Below are positions 9,952 through 19,423 of a stretch of DNA of 49,066 nt, one piece after another. Source of the DNA: Candidatus Sysuimicrobiota bacterium CSP1-3. Its GTDB lineage: Bacteria; Sysuimicrobiota; Sysuimicrobiia; Sysuimicrobiales; Humicultoraceae. Under the pieces are notes generated by a model that worked only from the letters and a program-made list of their open reading frames with translations, did no database searches and was not told the DNA's origin. The position numbers were made by a program, and so were the translations under genes. The DNA lies in assembly GCA_001443485.1 (NCBI GenBank), contig LDXQ01000007.1:1-49066 (forward strand). The letters are read 5' to 3'. Every line of letters starts with the position of its first letter. The stretch's first letter is position 1.

Positions 9952-11598
9952 CTAGGGTCCGACTGTCGCGTAGAAGATGTTCTCGTTCCGCACCCGGTTG
10001 GGCGGGATCTGCAGGTTGGATGCCACGTTCAGGCGCAGGTCGGTCCAGTTCATGTGCGCCCGGCCGGTCGGGTCGACGGCCAGGCCGTTGTAGTCGCCAA
10101 TGAAGAGAGTCTTTCCGTTGGTCGCGCCGCTGAACCAGCGGGCGTGGTTCGGGTCGGAGAGGGCCGTGTGGACCGTCGTGTACGTCCAGCTGGCGCCACC
10201 GGTGGTCGAGCGGGCCAATGTCATGCCCAGCAGGACCTCGCCAGGGCCGGGGTCGTAGCCGTCGTCGTAGTAAGCGACGTTGATCGTCCCGTTGGGAGCC
10301 ACGGCGATCCAGGGGAAGAACTGATCGCCGGGGGCGTTGCTGACGTTGATCGGCGTTGTGGTCCAGGTCACGCCCTGGTTCGTCGACGTGCTCAGGAAGA
10401 CGTCGGTGTTCGTAGCGGCGGTGCTGCCGATGCGGTTGTCCGACCAGACCAGGTAGACGGTGCCGTCCGGACCCACCGTGACATTCCCTGCCGAGTTGAC
10501 GCGGTACTGCACGTCGGTCAGCGTCTGCCGGCCGTTGATGGCGACGGGGTAATCGAAGACGCCGTCCACCAAGTCAGCAACCTTGAATGGTCCCGCCCAG
10601 GTCATCCCGCCATCGCTGGACCGCACTACCAGATACTGGCTTCGGAAGTCCGGTCCGGCGGTGTTGGTGTTTTCGAAGGCGACGTAGAGGGTGCCGTCGG
10701 GCGCCACTGCGGGGACGGAGAACTGGTCCTCATCACACTGGTTCGCCGGGCCCGAGACCTGCGTGATGCAGAACGGCCCGCTGCCGCTGATCTCTCTTGC
10801 CGGCGACCAGGTGCGTCCCCCGTCCGCGGAGGAGGCAAACCAGATCGCCGACCGCAGATATGCGCCGCCCGGGCCGGATTCAAATCCCGACCAGGTGACG
10901 TAGATCCGGTCGCGGTGGGGACTGCCCGGCCAGGTGTCGACGGTCATCCATTCCTTGTCGTCGAAGAATGACCGTCCCAGGTTGCCGAAGCCTTTGTGCA
11001 CCGCGACGGGGAGCGCGTAGTGCAGGCCCCCGTCGGTGGATTTGGCCACGAGCACCGACCCGTTCGAGGCCGCGGCGCCGCCCTGACTGGTATGATAGCC
11101 GACGTTGGCGTAGTAGGCGTTTCCCTGAGAGTCAAACGCGAAGACCGGATCGGTCGCCGTATTGAACCCGCCCATCTCCAGGAAGCCGGTGGTCCAGGTG
11201 TGACCGCCGTCCATCGAGGCACGGAAATCGTTGAGGGAGCGCACGACCAGCGTGCCGCCCTGGAAGTAGAACTCGTATCCGTTGGCGCCGGCAACCAGAT
11301 TGCTGTCGTTGGTCGGGTTGACGGCGATGTGCGGTTCGTTGTGTGGCGCCACGGCGACGAAGGCGCAGTCGGAGAGGATGTTGCCTGCCGAGCTGGTGGT
11401 GGTGCTGCAGCGCAGTCGCGCCGCCTGGGCCTCCCCGGGGACGTCCTGCAGCAGGGCCGACAATGTCTCGATGGCGCCGGAGAGATGTGGCCCGCGCGCA
11501 GCGGCGGTCGGCTTCGCCGACACCGCCGGATCGGGAGCGAGCAGGGTGCCTGCGCACAGCAAGAGAATGCCGATCAGAACGTGCCGCGTCATGAGCAT
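9952..11598 (-). CDS. Secreted BNR/Asp-box (sialidase-like beta-propeller) protein, paralog of 7974-9656
   Basis: Signal peptide after GAGGAG RBS; Asp boxes SMDGGHTW, STDGGLHY, SADGGRTW, SSDGGMTW, STNQGVTW, STTGGASW; shares DPV..FD..GN.Y, DKEWM, GDY..L, WTD.R and terminal TVGP with neighbour. Confidence 0.87.
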   Translation of the reverse strand: MLMTRHVLIGILLLCAGTLLAPDPAVSAKPTAAARGPHLSGAIETLSALLQDVPGEAQAARLRCSTTTSSAGNILSDCAFVAVAPHNEPHIAVNPTNDSNLVAGANGYEFYFQGGTLVVRSLNDFRASMDGGHTWTTGFLEMGGFNTATDPVFAFDSQGNAYYANVGYHTSQGGAAASNGSVLVAKSTDGGLHYALPVAVHKGFGNLGRSFFDDKEWMTVDTWPGSPHRDRIYVTWSGFESGPGGAYLRSAIWFASSADGGRTWSPAREISGSGPFCITQVSGPANQCDEDQFSVPAVAPDGTLYVAFENTNTAGPDFRSQYLVVRSSDGGMTWAGPFKVADLVDGVFDYPVAINGRQTLTDVQYRVNSAGNVTVGPDGTVYLVWSDNRIGSTAATNTDVFLSTSTNQGVTWTTTPINVSNAPGDQFFPWIAVAPNGTINVAYYDDGYDPGPGEVLLGMTLARSTTGGASWTYTTVHTALSDPNHARWFSGATNGKTLFIGDYNGLAVDPTGRAHMNWTDLRLNVASNLQIPPNRVRNENIFYATVGP

Positions 11599-11608
11599 GG
11601 GGATCTCC

Positions 11609-11875
11609 TCACAGCAATTTTCCCAGGGGCCTAGTGTGAACAGTTCGTGTGCATTGCGAAGCGGTCCTTCCGTAGACCGCGCAATGTGAGGGAGATCTGC
11701 GCGCCGTCGCCACAGCCCGTTGGTTGCTTGCATAGTTGAGGTAGCTTGGCAGACCGATGGCCAACAGGATCCCCATGATCCCCAGCACTACGAGCGCTTC
11801 GACCAGGGTGAACCCCGCCGGCGCAGCGAAAACACGGTGCGAAACCCTGGCGCGGCGCGTACCCTGCAGATCCAT
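11609..11875 (-). pseudogene. Truncated type IV prepilin (N-terminal methylation motif only)
   Basis: AG|FTLVEALVVLGIMGILLAIGLPSYLNY class III signal helix; pilin-like sequence stops after about ATARR and the frame ends at 88 aa. Confidence 0.65.
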
Positions 11876-12052
11876 GGTTCGCCGGAACGCTCCGGGTTTG
11901 CCGCTTCCGAGGCTGGCTACGGTCTTCTCCAGGCGTCAGGGTGAAAATTGAGGCGGAGTTCGGCGGCTTCCCGGATTTCCCCTACGCCGATCCATATACC
12001 GAACGACGGATTTTCCCTGGAAAGGAACGTCAAAGAGAACGCGGCCGACGCG

Positions 12053-12082
12053 TTGACACTTTCCATGCCCCTGTGCCAGCAT
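12053..12082 (+). promoter_or_regulatory. Putative promoter of ahcY
   Basis: TTGACA at 12053-12058, 18-nt spacer ending TGC, CAGCAT -10-like hexamer. Confidence 0.4.
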
Positions 12083-12103
12083 GGGAATACACGTACGCCG
12101 CCG

Positions 12104-13357
12104 ATGGACTTCCACGTCAACAATCTAGATCTCGTTCCCGCGGGACGTTCCCGCATCGGCTGGGCGGAGCGGGAGATGCCGGTGCTGCGCCGCATCCGCG
12201 ACCGCTTCGCCGCCGAGCGCCCGCTCGCGGGGATGCGCATCGCCGCCTGCCTGCACGTCACCACCGAGACCGCCGCCCTGGTGCGCACGCTCGTGGCCGG
12301 GGGCGCCACCGTGCGGCTGTGTGCCAGCAACCCCCTCTCCACACAGGACGACGTGGCCGCGGCCCTGGTGGAGGAGCAGGTCGGCGTCTTCGCTATTAAA
12401 GGAGAGGACCGGGAGACTTACTACCGGCACATCCGGCAGGCCCTCGACCTCCGGCCGCACATCACGATGGACGATGGCGCGGACCTGGTGACGACAGTAC
12501 ACGAGCAGCGCCGCGACCTGCTGCCGGGCCTCGCCGGAGGCACCGAGGAGACCACGACAGGCGTGATCCGCCTGCGGGCGATGGCCCGCGACGGCGTGCT
12601 GGGGTATCCGATCATCGCCGTGAACGACGCCCGCACCAAGCACCTCTTCGACAACCGCTACGGCACCGGCCAGTCCACCATCGACGGACTGCTGCGCGCC
12701 ACCAACCTGCTGCTGGCGGGACGGGTCGTGGTAGTCTGCGGCTACGGCCTCTGCGGCCGCGGCGTGGCCATGCGCGCCCGAGGGATGGGGGCCCGTGTCA
12801 TTATCACTGAGGTGGATGCGCTGCGGTCGCTGGAAGCGGTGATGGAAGGGTACCAGGTGAGGCCCCTGGCGCGGGCGGCAGAAGAGGGCGAGGTCTTCAT
12901 CACCGTCACCGGCAACCGGGACGTCATCCGCCGCGAGCACCTGGAGCGGATGCGGGACGGCGCGATCCTGGCGAACAGCGGCCACTTCACCGTGGAGATC
13001 GACATCGCGTCGCTGGAGAAGATGGCGACGGGAAAGCAGCGCCTCCGGGAATACGTGGACGAGTACCGGCTCGCCGACGGGCGGCGCCTCTACCTGCTGG
13101 CGGAGGGGCGCCTGCTCAACCTCGCCGCCGCGGAGGGGCACCCCGCCGCGGTGATGGACATGAGCTTTGCTAATCAGGCGCTCTCGGTCGAGGTTCTGGC
13201 GAAGGGCGACCCGAGGCTCAAACCCGATGTCTACCCGGTGCCGTCCGCGATCGATGCCGCGGTGGCCCGGTACAAACTCGAGGCGATGGGCATCGCCATC
13301 GACACCCTCACCCCCGAGCAGCAACGCTACCTCAGTTCCTGGACCGAAGGGACCTGA
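12104..13357 (+). CDS. ahcY: Adenosylhomocysteinase (SAH hydrolase)
   Basis: [62 protein letters not shown]; 417 aa from ATG 12104. Confidence 0.96.
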   Translation: MDFHVNNLDLVPAGRSRIGWAEREMPVLRRIRDRFAAERPLAGMRIAACLHVTTETAALVRTLVAGGATVRLCASNPLSTQDDVAAALVEEQVGVFAIKGEDRETYYRHIRQALDLRPHITMDDGADLVTTVHEQRRDLLPGLAGGTEETTTGVIRLRAMARDGVLGYPIIAVNDARTKHLFDNRYGTGQSTIDGLLRATNLLLAGRVVVVCGYGLCGRGVAMRARGMGARVIITEVDALRSLEAVMEGYQVRPLARAAEEGEVFITVTGNRDVIRREHLERMRDGAILANSGHFTVEIDIASLEKMATGKQRLREYVDEYRLADGRRLYLLAEGRLLNLAAAEGHPAAVMDMSFANQALSVEVLAKGDPRLKPDVYPVPSAIDAAVARYKLEAMGIAIDTLTPEQQRYLSSWTEGT

Positions 13358-13495
13358 TTCAGGATCGTGAAGACGGCCGCAGCACCGGCGGCGTCCGCCG
13401 CTGGGCAAAGGCCACTGGGAGCGTGACGCGGGGGCCGCATCCGCCGGCGACTTCACCGCGGCGCAAATCCCGAAAGCGGCGCCGATGAGAAGGGT

Positions 13496-14284
13496 GTGCT
13501 CGCCGGCCTCCTTGATCTCCTCTATCCGCCGCGCTGCTCAGTCTGCCGCTTGCGCAGCGGGGAAACTCTCTGCTCCCGCTGCCGCCTCGAATTCACGCCC
13601 GTCCCTCCGCCGTTCTGCCTGCGCTGCGCCTGCCCGTTGTCCGTCGGGGCAGCGCGGATGTGTCAGCAGTGCCGGACGGGGGAAACGCTCTTCGCCGCCG
13701 CCCGATCGCTGACGCTGTTTGACGGACGGATGCGGACCGCAATCCACCGCCTCAAATTTGGGGGGCGGCGTGAACTTGGGCCGATCCTGGGCGAATTGCT
13801 TGCCGTCTTCGTCCGACAGACCGATTCGCTGGGTCATCCCGAGCTGGTCGTTGCTGTCCCGCTGCACCCGGCGCGCCTGCGAGAGCGAGGCTACAATCAC
13901 GCTCTGCTGCTGGCACAGCCGGTAGCACGGATGCTTGGTGTGCCCCTGATGGCCGAAGGACTGGTACGGGTTGGTGCCACCATTCCCCAGACCGTGCTCC
14001 GACGGGAGCAGCGCTGGGCCAACGTGTTCAACGCCTTTCGTGTGCCCGCGGCATCCGGGGATGTGGTGCGGGGTCGTTCTGTCCTGCTTGTGGATGATGT
14101 CTTGACCAGCGGTGCGACGGCAGCGGAGTGCGCGCGGACCCTGCTCCTGGGCGGAGCAACAGCGGTCTATGTGGTCACGCTGGCCCGGGCGATGCCGCCC
14201 GGTGCCGTTGGGCCAACGGCCGCGTCAGATGGAGGAGGGGGAGCCGACTCACGGAGAGCAATCCGGGAGGCGCGGCCACGATGA
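13496..14284 (+). CDS. comF: ComF family protein (double zinc ribbon + PRTase-like)
   Basis: LLDLLYPPRCSVC..CSRC..CLRC..CQQC, VPLHPARLRERGYN, LLVDDVLTSGAT. Confidence 0.9.
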   Translation: MLAGLLDLLYPPRCSVCRLRSGETLCSRCRLEFTPVPPPFCLRCACPLSVGAARMCQQCRTGETLFAAARSLTLFDGRMRTAIHRLKFGGRRELGPILGELLAVFVRQTDSLGHPELVVAVPLHPARLRERGYNHALLLAQPVARMLGVPLMAEGLVRVGATIPQTVLRREQRWANVFNAFRVPAASGDVVRGRSVLLVDDVLTSGATAAECARTLLLGGATAVYVVTLARAMPPGAVGPTAASDGGGGADSRRAIREARPR

Positions 14285-15170
14285 ACGGGAGGGCATTGGC
14301 CGCGATCGCCCAGGTGGCGATGTCGCCGTGAATCCCGCCGGCGATGACGAGTCGCAGGGGCGGCGTCCCCTGGATCGCCACCGCATCGTGCGGATCGCGG
14401 GCGCCCATGGCCATGACCAGGTCCAGCATCACGGCGGCCTCAGGGTCGCCGTCTGCGCGGTACCCGCGGGCCACCTGGTGCAGCCCCTGCACCGCGGCGC
14501 CGTCAACCAGCGGGTCGATCTCCTCCGTGATGCGCGACAGTTCCCACCCCAGGGCGCCGGCGATCATCGCCACGGATTCCACCAGGCCGACGTGGCCAAG
14601 GCGGCCTTCGCGCACGCCGGCGCGGAAGGCCTCCGGGGTCATCCCCACGCCGACCTTGCGCTGCAGCGCCGCGCGGCGCTGGCTCACGTCCACCACCCGC
14701 TCCGCGGTGATGCGGGTGACGTCACGGCACGGCGCGGTCAGCATGATCGGTAGGGCGTCCATGACAAACCCGGGATTGACGCCCAACCCCACCACGGTGA
14801 CGCCGCGGCGGCGGGCCAGGTCGTCCAGGCGGCGCGCCTCTTCGGGATGGTGATACCAGGGGTACGCCAGTTCCTCACAGGTGGAGACCACATCCAATTG
14901 CGCCTCGACCGCGGCCTCCAGTTGGGGCAGGACCGCGCGCACCCGCGATCCGGTGCAGTGGATGAGGATGTCCGCGGGCTGGCGCAGCGCCCCGGCGGCG
15001 TCCGCGGTCACTTCCACGCCGAGCGGTGCCGCCTCCAGCAGCGCGCCCAGGTCCTGCCCCGCCTTCGCGGGATCAAGATCGACCGCGGCGACGATGGTGT
15101 GACCGCGCTCGAGCACGAGCCGGGCGATGCCCAGCCCGATGTTTCCGAGTCCCTGATGAATGATGCGCAT
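14175..15170 (-). CDS. NAD(P)-dependent amine dehydrogenase family (2,4-diaminopentanoate dehydrogenase / DapB-like)
   Basis: GLGNIG, VVSTCEEL.YP, GVNPGFVMD.LP, GHVGL.ES, GGIHGDIAT. Confidence 0.8.
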   Translation of the reverse strand: MRIIHQGLGNIGLGIARLVLERGHTIVAAVDLDPAKAGQDLGALLEAAPLGVEVTADAAGALRQPADILIHCTGSRVRAVLPQLEAAVEAQLDVVSTCEELAYPWYHHPEEARRLDDLARRRGVTVVGLGVNPGFVMDALPIMLTAPCRDVTRITAERVVDVSQRRAALQRKVGVGMTPEAFRAGVREGRLGHVGLVESVAMIAGALGWELSRITEEIDPLVDGAAVQGLHQVARGYRADGDPEAAVMLDLVMAMGARDPHDAVAIQGTPPLRLVIAGGIHGDIATWAIAANALPFIVAAPPGLLSVSRLPLLHLTRPLAQRHRAASPGPA

Positions 15171-15279
15171 GGGTGATTATTGTAGCAGAGTGCCGGCGGC
15201 TTCCGGCGCAGGGAGAGGTCCGCGAGGCGGCGAAGGGGGAAGAGGCCCCGAGCACTTGAGCAGTGAAGGAGGCGCAACG

Positions 15280-16467
15280 GTGGAACTGCGGCTGGCAGGA
15301 CGCATGGGCCTGCTGGGGACCGAGACGGCGTTTGAGGTCCTGGCGCGGGCGAAGGCCCTGGAACGGCAGGGGCGGCACATCGTTCACCTGGAGGTCGGGG
15401 AGCCCGATTTCGACACGCCGGACAACGTCAAGGACGCGGCGATCAAGGCGCTGCGCGACGGGTTCACCCACTACACGGCGACGGCGGGGTTGTGGGAAGC
15501 GCGCGAGGCCGTGGCCGAGCACGTCAGCCGGACCCGTGGCATCACAGCCGCGCCGGAGGAGGTCGTCCTCACCGCCGGCGCCAAGCCGATCATGTTCTTC
15601 GCCATGCTCGCGCTGGTGGAGCCGGGCGACGAGGTGATCGTCCCCGACCCCGGCTATCCCATCTACGACTCCATGGCCCGGTTCGCCGGCGGGGTGGTGC
15701 GGCCGCTGGTGCTGCGCGAAGAGAACGACTTCCGCGTCGATCCCGACGAGTTCCGCCGGCTGGTCGGCAAGCGGACGAAACTCGTCGTCCTGAACTCCCC
15801 CCACAACCCCTGCGGCTCGGTGCTCTCGCGGGACGACCTGAAGGCGATTGCCGCGGGGGTGGCCGACACGCCGGCCTGGATCCTCTCCGACGAGATCTAC
15901 GGGCGGATCACCTACGGGGTCGAGGCGGCGAGCCTGGCCAGCCTCCCCGGGATGCAGGAGCGGACGATCATTCTCGACGGCTTCTCCAAAGCCTACGCCA
16001 TGACCGGCTGGCGGCTGGGGTACGGTGTGATGCCCGCCCCGCTGGCGGAGCGGATCACGCAGCTGGCCACGAACGCCACCTCATGCGCGGCGGCTTTCAC
16101 CCAGATCGCCGGCGCGGCCGCGCTGCGCGGGTCGCAGGATTCCGTCGACAAGATGGTGGCGGAGTTCCGCCGCCGCCGCGATTTCATCGTGCAGGGCTTG
16201 AACGGCATCGAGGGGATCACCTGCCGCACGCCGCTGGGCGCGTTCTACGTCTTCCCCAACACAAAGGCGATCGACCCGGACAGCGCCCGCTTCGCCTCGT
16301 TCCTGCTGACCGAGATGGGCGTGGCGGTGCTCTCCGGGACGGCGTTTGGTCCCAACGGCCAGGGCTACCTCCGCCTCTCCTACGCCAACTCCATCCCCAA
16401 CATCGAAGAGGCTTTGCGGCGCATCGCCGAGGGGGTGGCCCGTTACCGGGCGGCGGCGAAGGCGTAG
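15280..16467 (+). CDS. PLP-dependent aminotransferase class I/II (aspartate aminotransferase family)
   Basis: GEPDFDTP, LNSPHNPCG, SDEIY, GFSKAYAMTGWRLGY; AAGGAGG RBS before GTG 15280. Confidence 0.93.
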   Translation: MELRLAGRMGLLGTETAFEVLARAKALERQGRHIVHLEVGEPDFDTPDNVKDAAIKALRDGFTHYTATAGLWEAREAVAEHVSRTRGITAAPEEVVLTAGAKPIMFFAMLALVEPGDEVIVPDPGYPIYDSMARFAGGVVRPLVLREENDFRVDPDEFRRLVGKRTKLVVLNSPHNPCGSVLSRDDLKAIAAGVADTPAWILSDEIYGRITYGVEAASLASLPGMQERTIILDGFSKAYAMTGWRLGYGVMPAPLAERITQLATNATSCAAAFTQIAGAAALRGSQDSVDKMVAEFRRRRDFIVQGLNGIEGITCRTPLGAFYVFPNTKAIDPDSARFASFLLTEMGVAVLSGTAFGPNGQGYLRLSYANSIPNIEEALRRIAEGVARYRAAAKA

Positions 16468-16539
16468 AGCACGATAGGCCCTGAGGGGCAAACCGCGCGC
16501 CGTCTGCACGCGCCGGCTTCTGGGCATGTCTTTTCTGCA

Positions 16540-17154
16540 ATGCCCAGGATACTCTTCAGCCTGTGTCTCCTCGTCTTGCTGGGTGTTCCGGCGCCCGCTG
16601 TTCGCGCGGCCCCGCCCGCCGACTACTTCCCGCTCGTGCCGGGGACGGTCTGGATCTACCGCACCAATATCGGCCAGGATCTGATCATGACGGTCGGCGG
16701 CGTGGGCCAGGTCGGCGGCGTGGCCTGCCGGGTCCTGGAGGGCATCATCAACGGGATGCTCACCCAACGCGAGTGTTACCGGCGCGACGGCGGGACGGTC
16801 TACGCGTACGTGCGGGCCTATCCTCAGGGCAACGTCGTCCTCACCCCGCCCCAGCCCATGCTCGTGCTCCCGCCGAAGGTGGGACACGGGTGGGTCTGGG
16901 AGGGAAAGGCGGGTGAGGCGCCGGCCAGGGTGGCCCTGCAGTGGGCGCGGGCCGAACAGGTGACGGTCCCCGCCGGGACCTACGCCACGGTGCAGCTGTA
17001 CCTTGAAGGGTCGGTGGGGCAGGAGCGGGTGCAGTCGTGGCGCTGGTTTGCGCCGGGCGTGGGGATGGTGAAGGAGGATTCGGTGGCGCAGGCCTCCGAC
17101 GGTCGCGCCATCCGCGTCTACGCCGAACTCCGCGAGTTCCGCCCCGGGCGATAG
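16540..17154 (+). CDS. Secreted hypothetical beta-rich protein (TapB/DUF3108-like motifs)
   Basis: Signal peptide; YFPL.PG..W.Y start and VTVPAGTY...WFAPGVGMVK end. Confidence 0.7.
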   Translation: MPRILFSLCLLVLLGVPAPAVRAAPPADYFPLVPGTVWIYRTNIGQDLIMTVGGVGQVGGVACRVLEGIINGMLTQRECYRRDGGTVYAYVRAYPQGNVVLTPPQPMLVLPPKVGHGWVWEGKAGEAPARVALQWARAEQVTVPAGTYATVQLYLEGSVGQERVQSWRWFAPGVGMVKEDSVAQASDGRAIRVYAELREFRPGR

Positions 17155-17182
17155 CGCCTCCCGGCAGCCCGGGCCCGCTGCC

Positions 17183-19180
17183 GTGCAAGGGAGACCGTCT
17201 CTCCCCCCGAAATACCCCACCGTGCTGCTCCGCGCCGCCCGCCCGCCGCTGCTCGCCGCCACCATCGCGACCGTGCTCCTGGTGTTCGCCGCGCCGGCGG
17301 GAGCCAAATCCTTCCGCTTCTCCCGCGTGGACATCGCTGCGGACCTCCGTCCGGACGGCTCGATGCGCGTGGTCGAACGGCGCACCTACACCTTCGACGG
17401 GTCCTTCCGCTTCGCTACCCGTAGCGTGGTGCTGCGGGGCGCGGGCGACATCCGGGAGATCAGCGTCGCCGACGAGGGGGGACCCTACCGCCTGGCCAAC
17501 ACCGAGCAGCCCGGCACCTACCAGGTCAACCGCAGTCCCGGTGAGGCGGTGATCAAGTGGTTCTATCAGGCGCGGGATGAGGAGCGCACCTTCGCCATCT
17601 CCTACGCGCTGACGGACGTGGTCACCGTGTACCGGGACGTGGCGGAGGTGTACTGGAAGTTCGTGGGCGCGGAGTGGGAGGTGCCCTCCGACGACGTGAT
17701 CGTGACCGTGCGCCTGCCCGGCCAGGTGGGGAAGGATGAGATCCGGGCGTGGGGACACGGGCCGCTGCACGGTGTCGTGACCATCGCAGACAAGACGGTG
17801 CTCCTTACGGTGCGCGGTCTCCCCGCCTTCACGATGGTCGAAGGGCGGGTGCTGTTCCCGCCGCGCGTCGTCCCCGCGGCGACCAGACGGGCGAACCGAG
17901 CGGCGCTGGAGACGATCGTCGCGGAAGAAACGGGCTTCGCGAACCGGGCCAACCAGGAGCGCGCGAAGGCCCGCGGCTTTGCCGCCGCGTGGATCGCCTA
18001 CCCGCTGGTGGTTGGCGGTCTCTTCCTCTTCCTCTACCTGCGCCGTGGCCGTGAATTCGAGCCCCGGGCGCCCGATGAATACTATCGGGAACTGCCGGGG
18101 GAGTACCCGCCCGCGGAACTGGGGGTCCTCTGGCGCTTCCGCCGGGTGCGCCCGGAGGACTTCGTGGCCACGGTGATGGATCTGGCCCGCCGCGGCTATC
18201 TGACGATTGAGGAGCGGGAGGCCGGGGTGGACGATGAGTACGTCATCGCGCCCAAGAAGTACCGCCCATCGGCCGCGTCACCGACATGGGCGAGCGCCGT
18301 CCGCCAGAGGCTGCGGCTGTCGCGTAAGGTCGACGATGGAACCATTGAGGAATTGGTTGATGCCGGTGCCGACGCCGAACACGGAACAGCCACCCTGTCG
18401 GCCGACGCGCCTGAGGCCGCGGCACTGCAGCCCCATGAGCGGCGGGCGCTAGAGATCCTGTTCGGCCGGAGCAGTCGCCCGGTCGAGATTTCCCGTCGCG
18501 CTGGGATCACGGGCGGCGCCAAGGTCCGGCTGCAGCGGGGGTTTGCGAAATGGACCGGCCTGGTCGGAGAGGGGGCGAAGCGGCACGGCTGGTTTGACGA
18601 GCGGAGTTCACGGTGGCGCACCGCCGTCCGGGCCGGGGGCGTCGTTCTGGCGGCGGGGTCGTTGCTGGCCATGTTCGTCTTCTCGGTCACCGCGCCGCGC
18701 GTGGCGATCCTGCTGCTGGAAGGCATCCCCCTGGGCATCGTCGGCAGCGTGCTCGCCTTCGCCATCGACCGCCGGTCGCAGGAGGGCGCCGACGAGTTCC
18801 GCCGCTGGCGCGGGTTCCAGCGGTTCCTGCGGGACTTCTCGCAGATGAAAGACCAACCCGTGCCCGCCCTGGCACTGTGGGAGCATTTCCTGGTTTATGC
18901 CATTCCGCTGGGCGTGGCCGACCGGGTCCTGCGCCAACTGCGCGCGCTGTACCCGGCGGCCGAATTGCAGCAGAGCGGCATGATGAGCTGGTACTCGCCC
19001 TCCTCCGGTTGGGGGCGCGGGGACGGGGTCAGCTTTGTGGAGAGCTTCCGCTCCTTCACCTCGGCCTTCACCAGCACCGTGGCCACAGCAGCCTCACCGC
19101 CGAGTTCCGGCGGAGGCGGCGGTGGTGGTTTCTCCGGAGGCGGCGGTGGTGGTGGCGGCGGCGGCGGCAGCGCCGGATAG
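17183..19180 (+). CDS. DUF2207 domain membrane protein
   Basis: DLRPDGSMRVVE, YWKFVGAEW, WGHGP, DLARRGYL, LWEHFLVYAIPLGV, Gly/Ser tail GGFSGGGGGGGGGG. Confidence 0.88.
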   Translation: MQGRPSLPPKYPTVLLRAARPPLLAATIATVLLVFAAPAGAKSFRFSRVDIAADLRPDGSMRVVERRTYTFDGSFRFATRSVVLRGAGDIREISVADEGGPYRLANTEQPGTYQVNRSPGEAVIKWFYQARDEERTFAISYALTDVVTVYRDVAEVYWKFVGAEWEVPSDDVIVTVRLPGQVGKDEIRAWGHGPLHGVVTIADKTVLLTVRGLPAFTMVEGRVLFPPRVVPAATRRANRAALETIVAEETGFANRANQERAKARGFAAAWIAYPLVVGGLFLFLYLRRGREFEPRAPDEYYRELPGEYPPAELGVLWRFRRVRPEDFVATVMDLARRGYLTIEEREAGVDDEYVIAPKKYRPSAASPTWASAVRQRLRLSRKVDDGTIEELVDAGADAEHGTATLSADAPEAAALQPHERRALEILFGRSSRPVEISRRAGITGGAKVRLQRGFAKWTGLVGEGAKRHGWFDERSSRWRTAVRAGGVVLAAGSLLAMFVFSVTAPRVAILLLEGIPLGIVGSVLAFAIDRRSQEGADEFRRWRGFQRFLRDFSQMKDQPVPALALWEHFLVYAIPLGVADRVLRQLRALYPAAELQQSGMMSWYSPSSGWGRGDGVSFVESFRSFTSAFTSTVATAASPPSSGGGGGGGFSGGGGGGGGGGGSAG

Positions 19181-19218
19181 CCGGACGGCGCACACGCGGC
19201 GCCGGGGGAGGGAGTGCT

Positions 19219-19419
19219 GTGGCTCGCCAGCCGGAATTTGCTTCACCCGAGGAGGAGCGCGCCTACCTGCAAGGCGTGAAGACGCAGCTAGACCGGGCGC
19301 AGACCAGGGAAGAGGTCATCGCCATCTGGCGCGAGCACTACCTGCGCATCGGCCACCGCAAACTCGGGCGGCTGCTAATCGGCCGGCCGATCGACGAGAT
19401 CCTCAAGGCCCGCGGTTGA
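19219..19419 (+). CDS. Small hypothetical protein (66 aa)
   Basis: GGAGGGAG RBS before GTG 19219; host-like codon usage; MARQPEFASPEEERAYL...HYLRIGHRKLGRLLIG. Confidence 0.7.
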   Translation: MARQPEFASPEEERAYLQGVKTQLDRAQTREEVIAIWREHYLRIGHRKLGRLLIGRPIDEILKARG

Positions 19420-19423
19420 TCTC

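Noticed and set aside
11876-11910. GGCAAACCCGG on the minus strand upstream of the pilin stub, reminiscent of a c-di-GMP-I (GEMM) riboswitch
   Set aside because: No GAAA tetraloop stem or GACGCAAAG segment; runs straight into the start codon.
11940-12103. Possible SAH/SAM riboswitch upstream of ahcY
   Set aside because: No GAGGAGCGCTGC...AGGCTC or SAM-I core; the predicted promoter leaves only a very short leader.
13405-13425. GCCACTGGGA resembling part of a cobalamin riboswitch
   Set aside because: No GGGAA...GTG.AA.TC core or B12 box; context (comF) not cobalamin related.
19105-19180. GGC/GGT trinucleotide run
   Set aside because: Encodes the normal poly-Gly tail of DUF2207 proteins.
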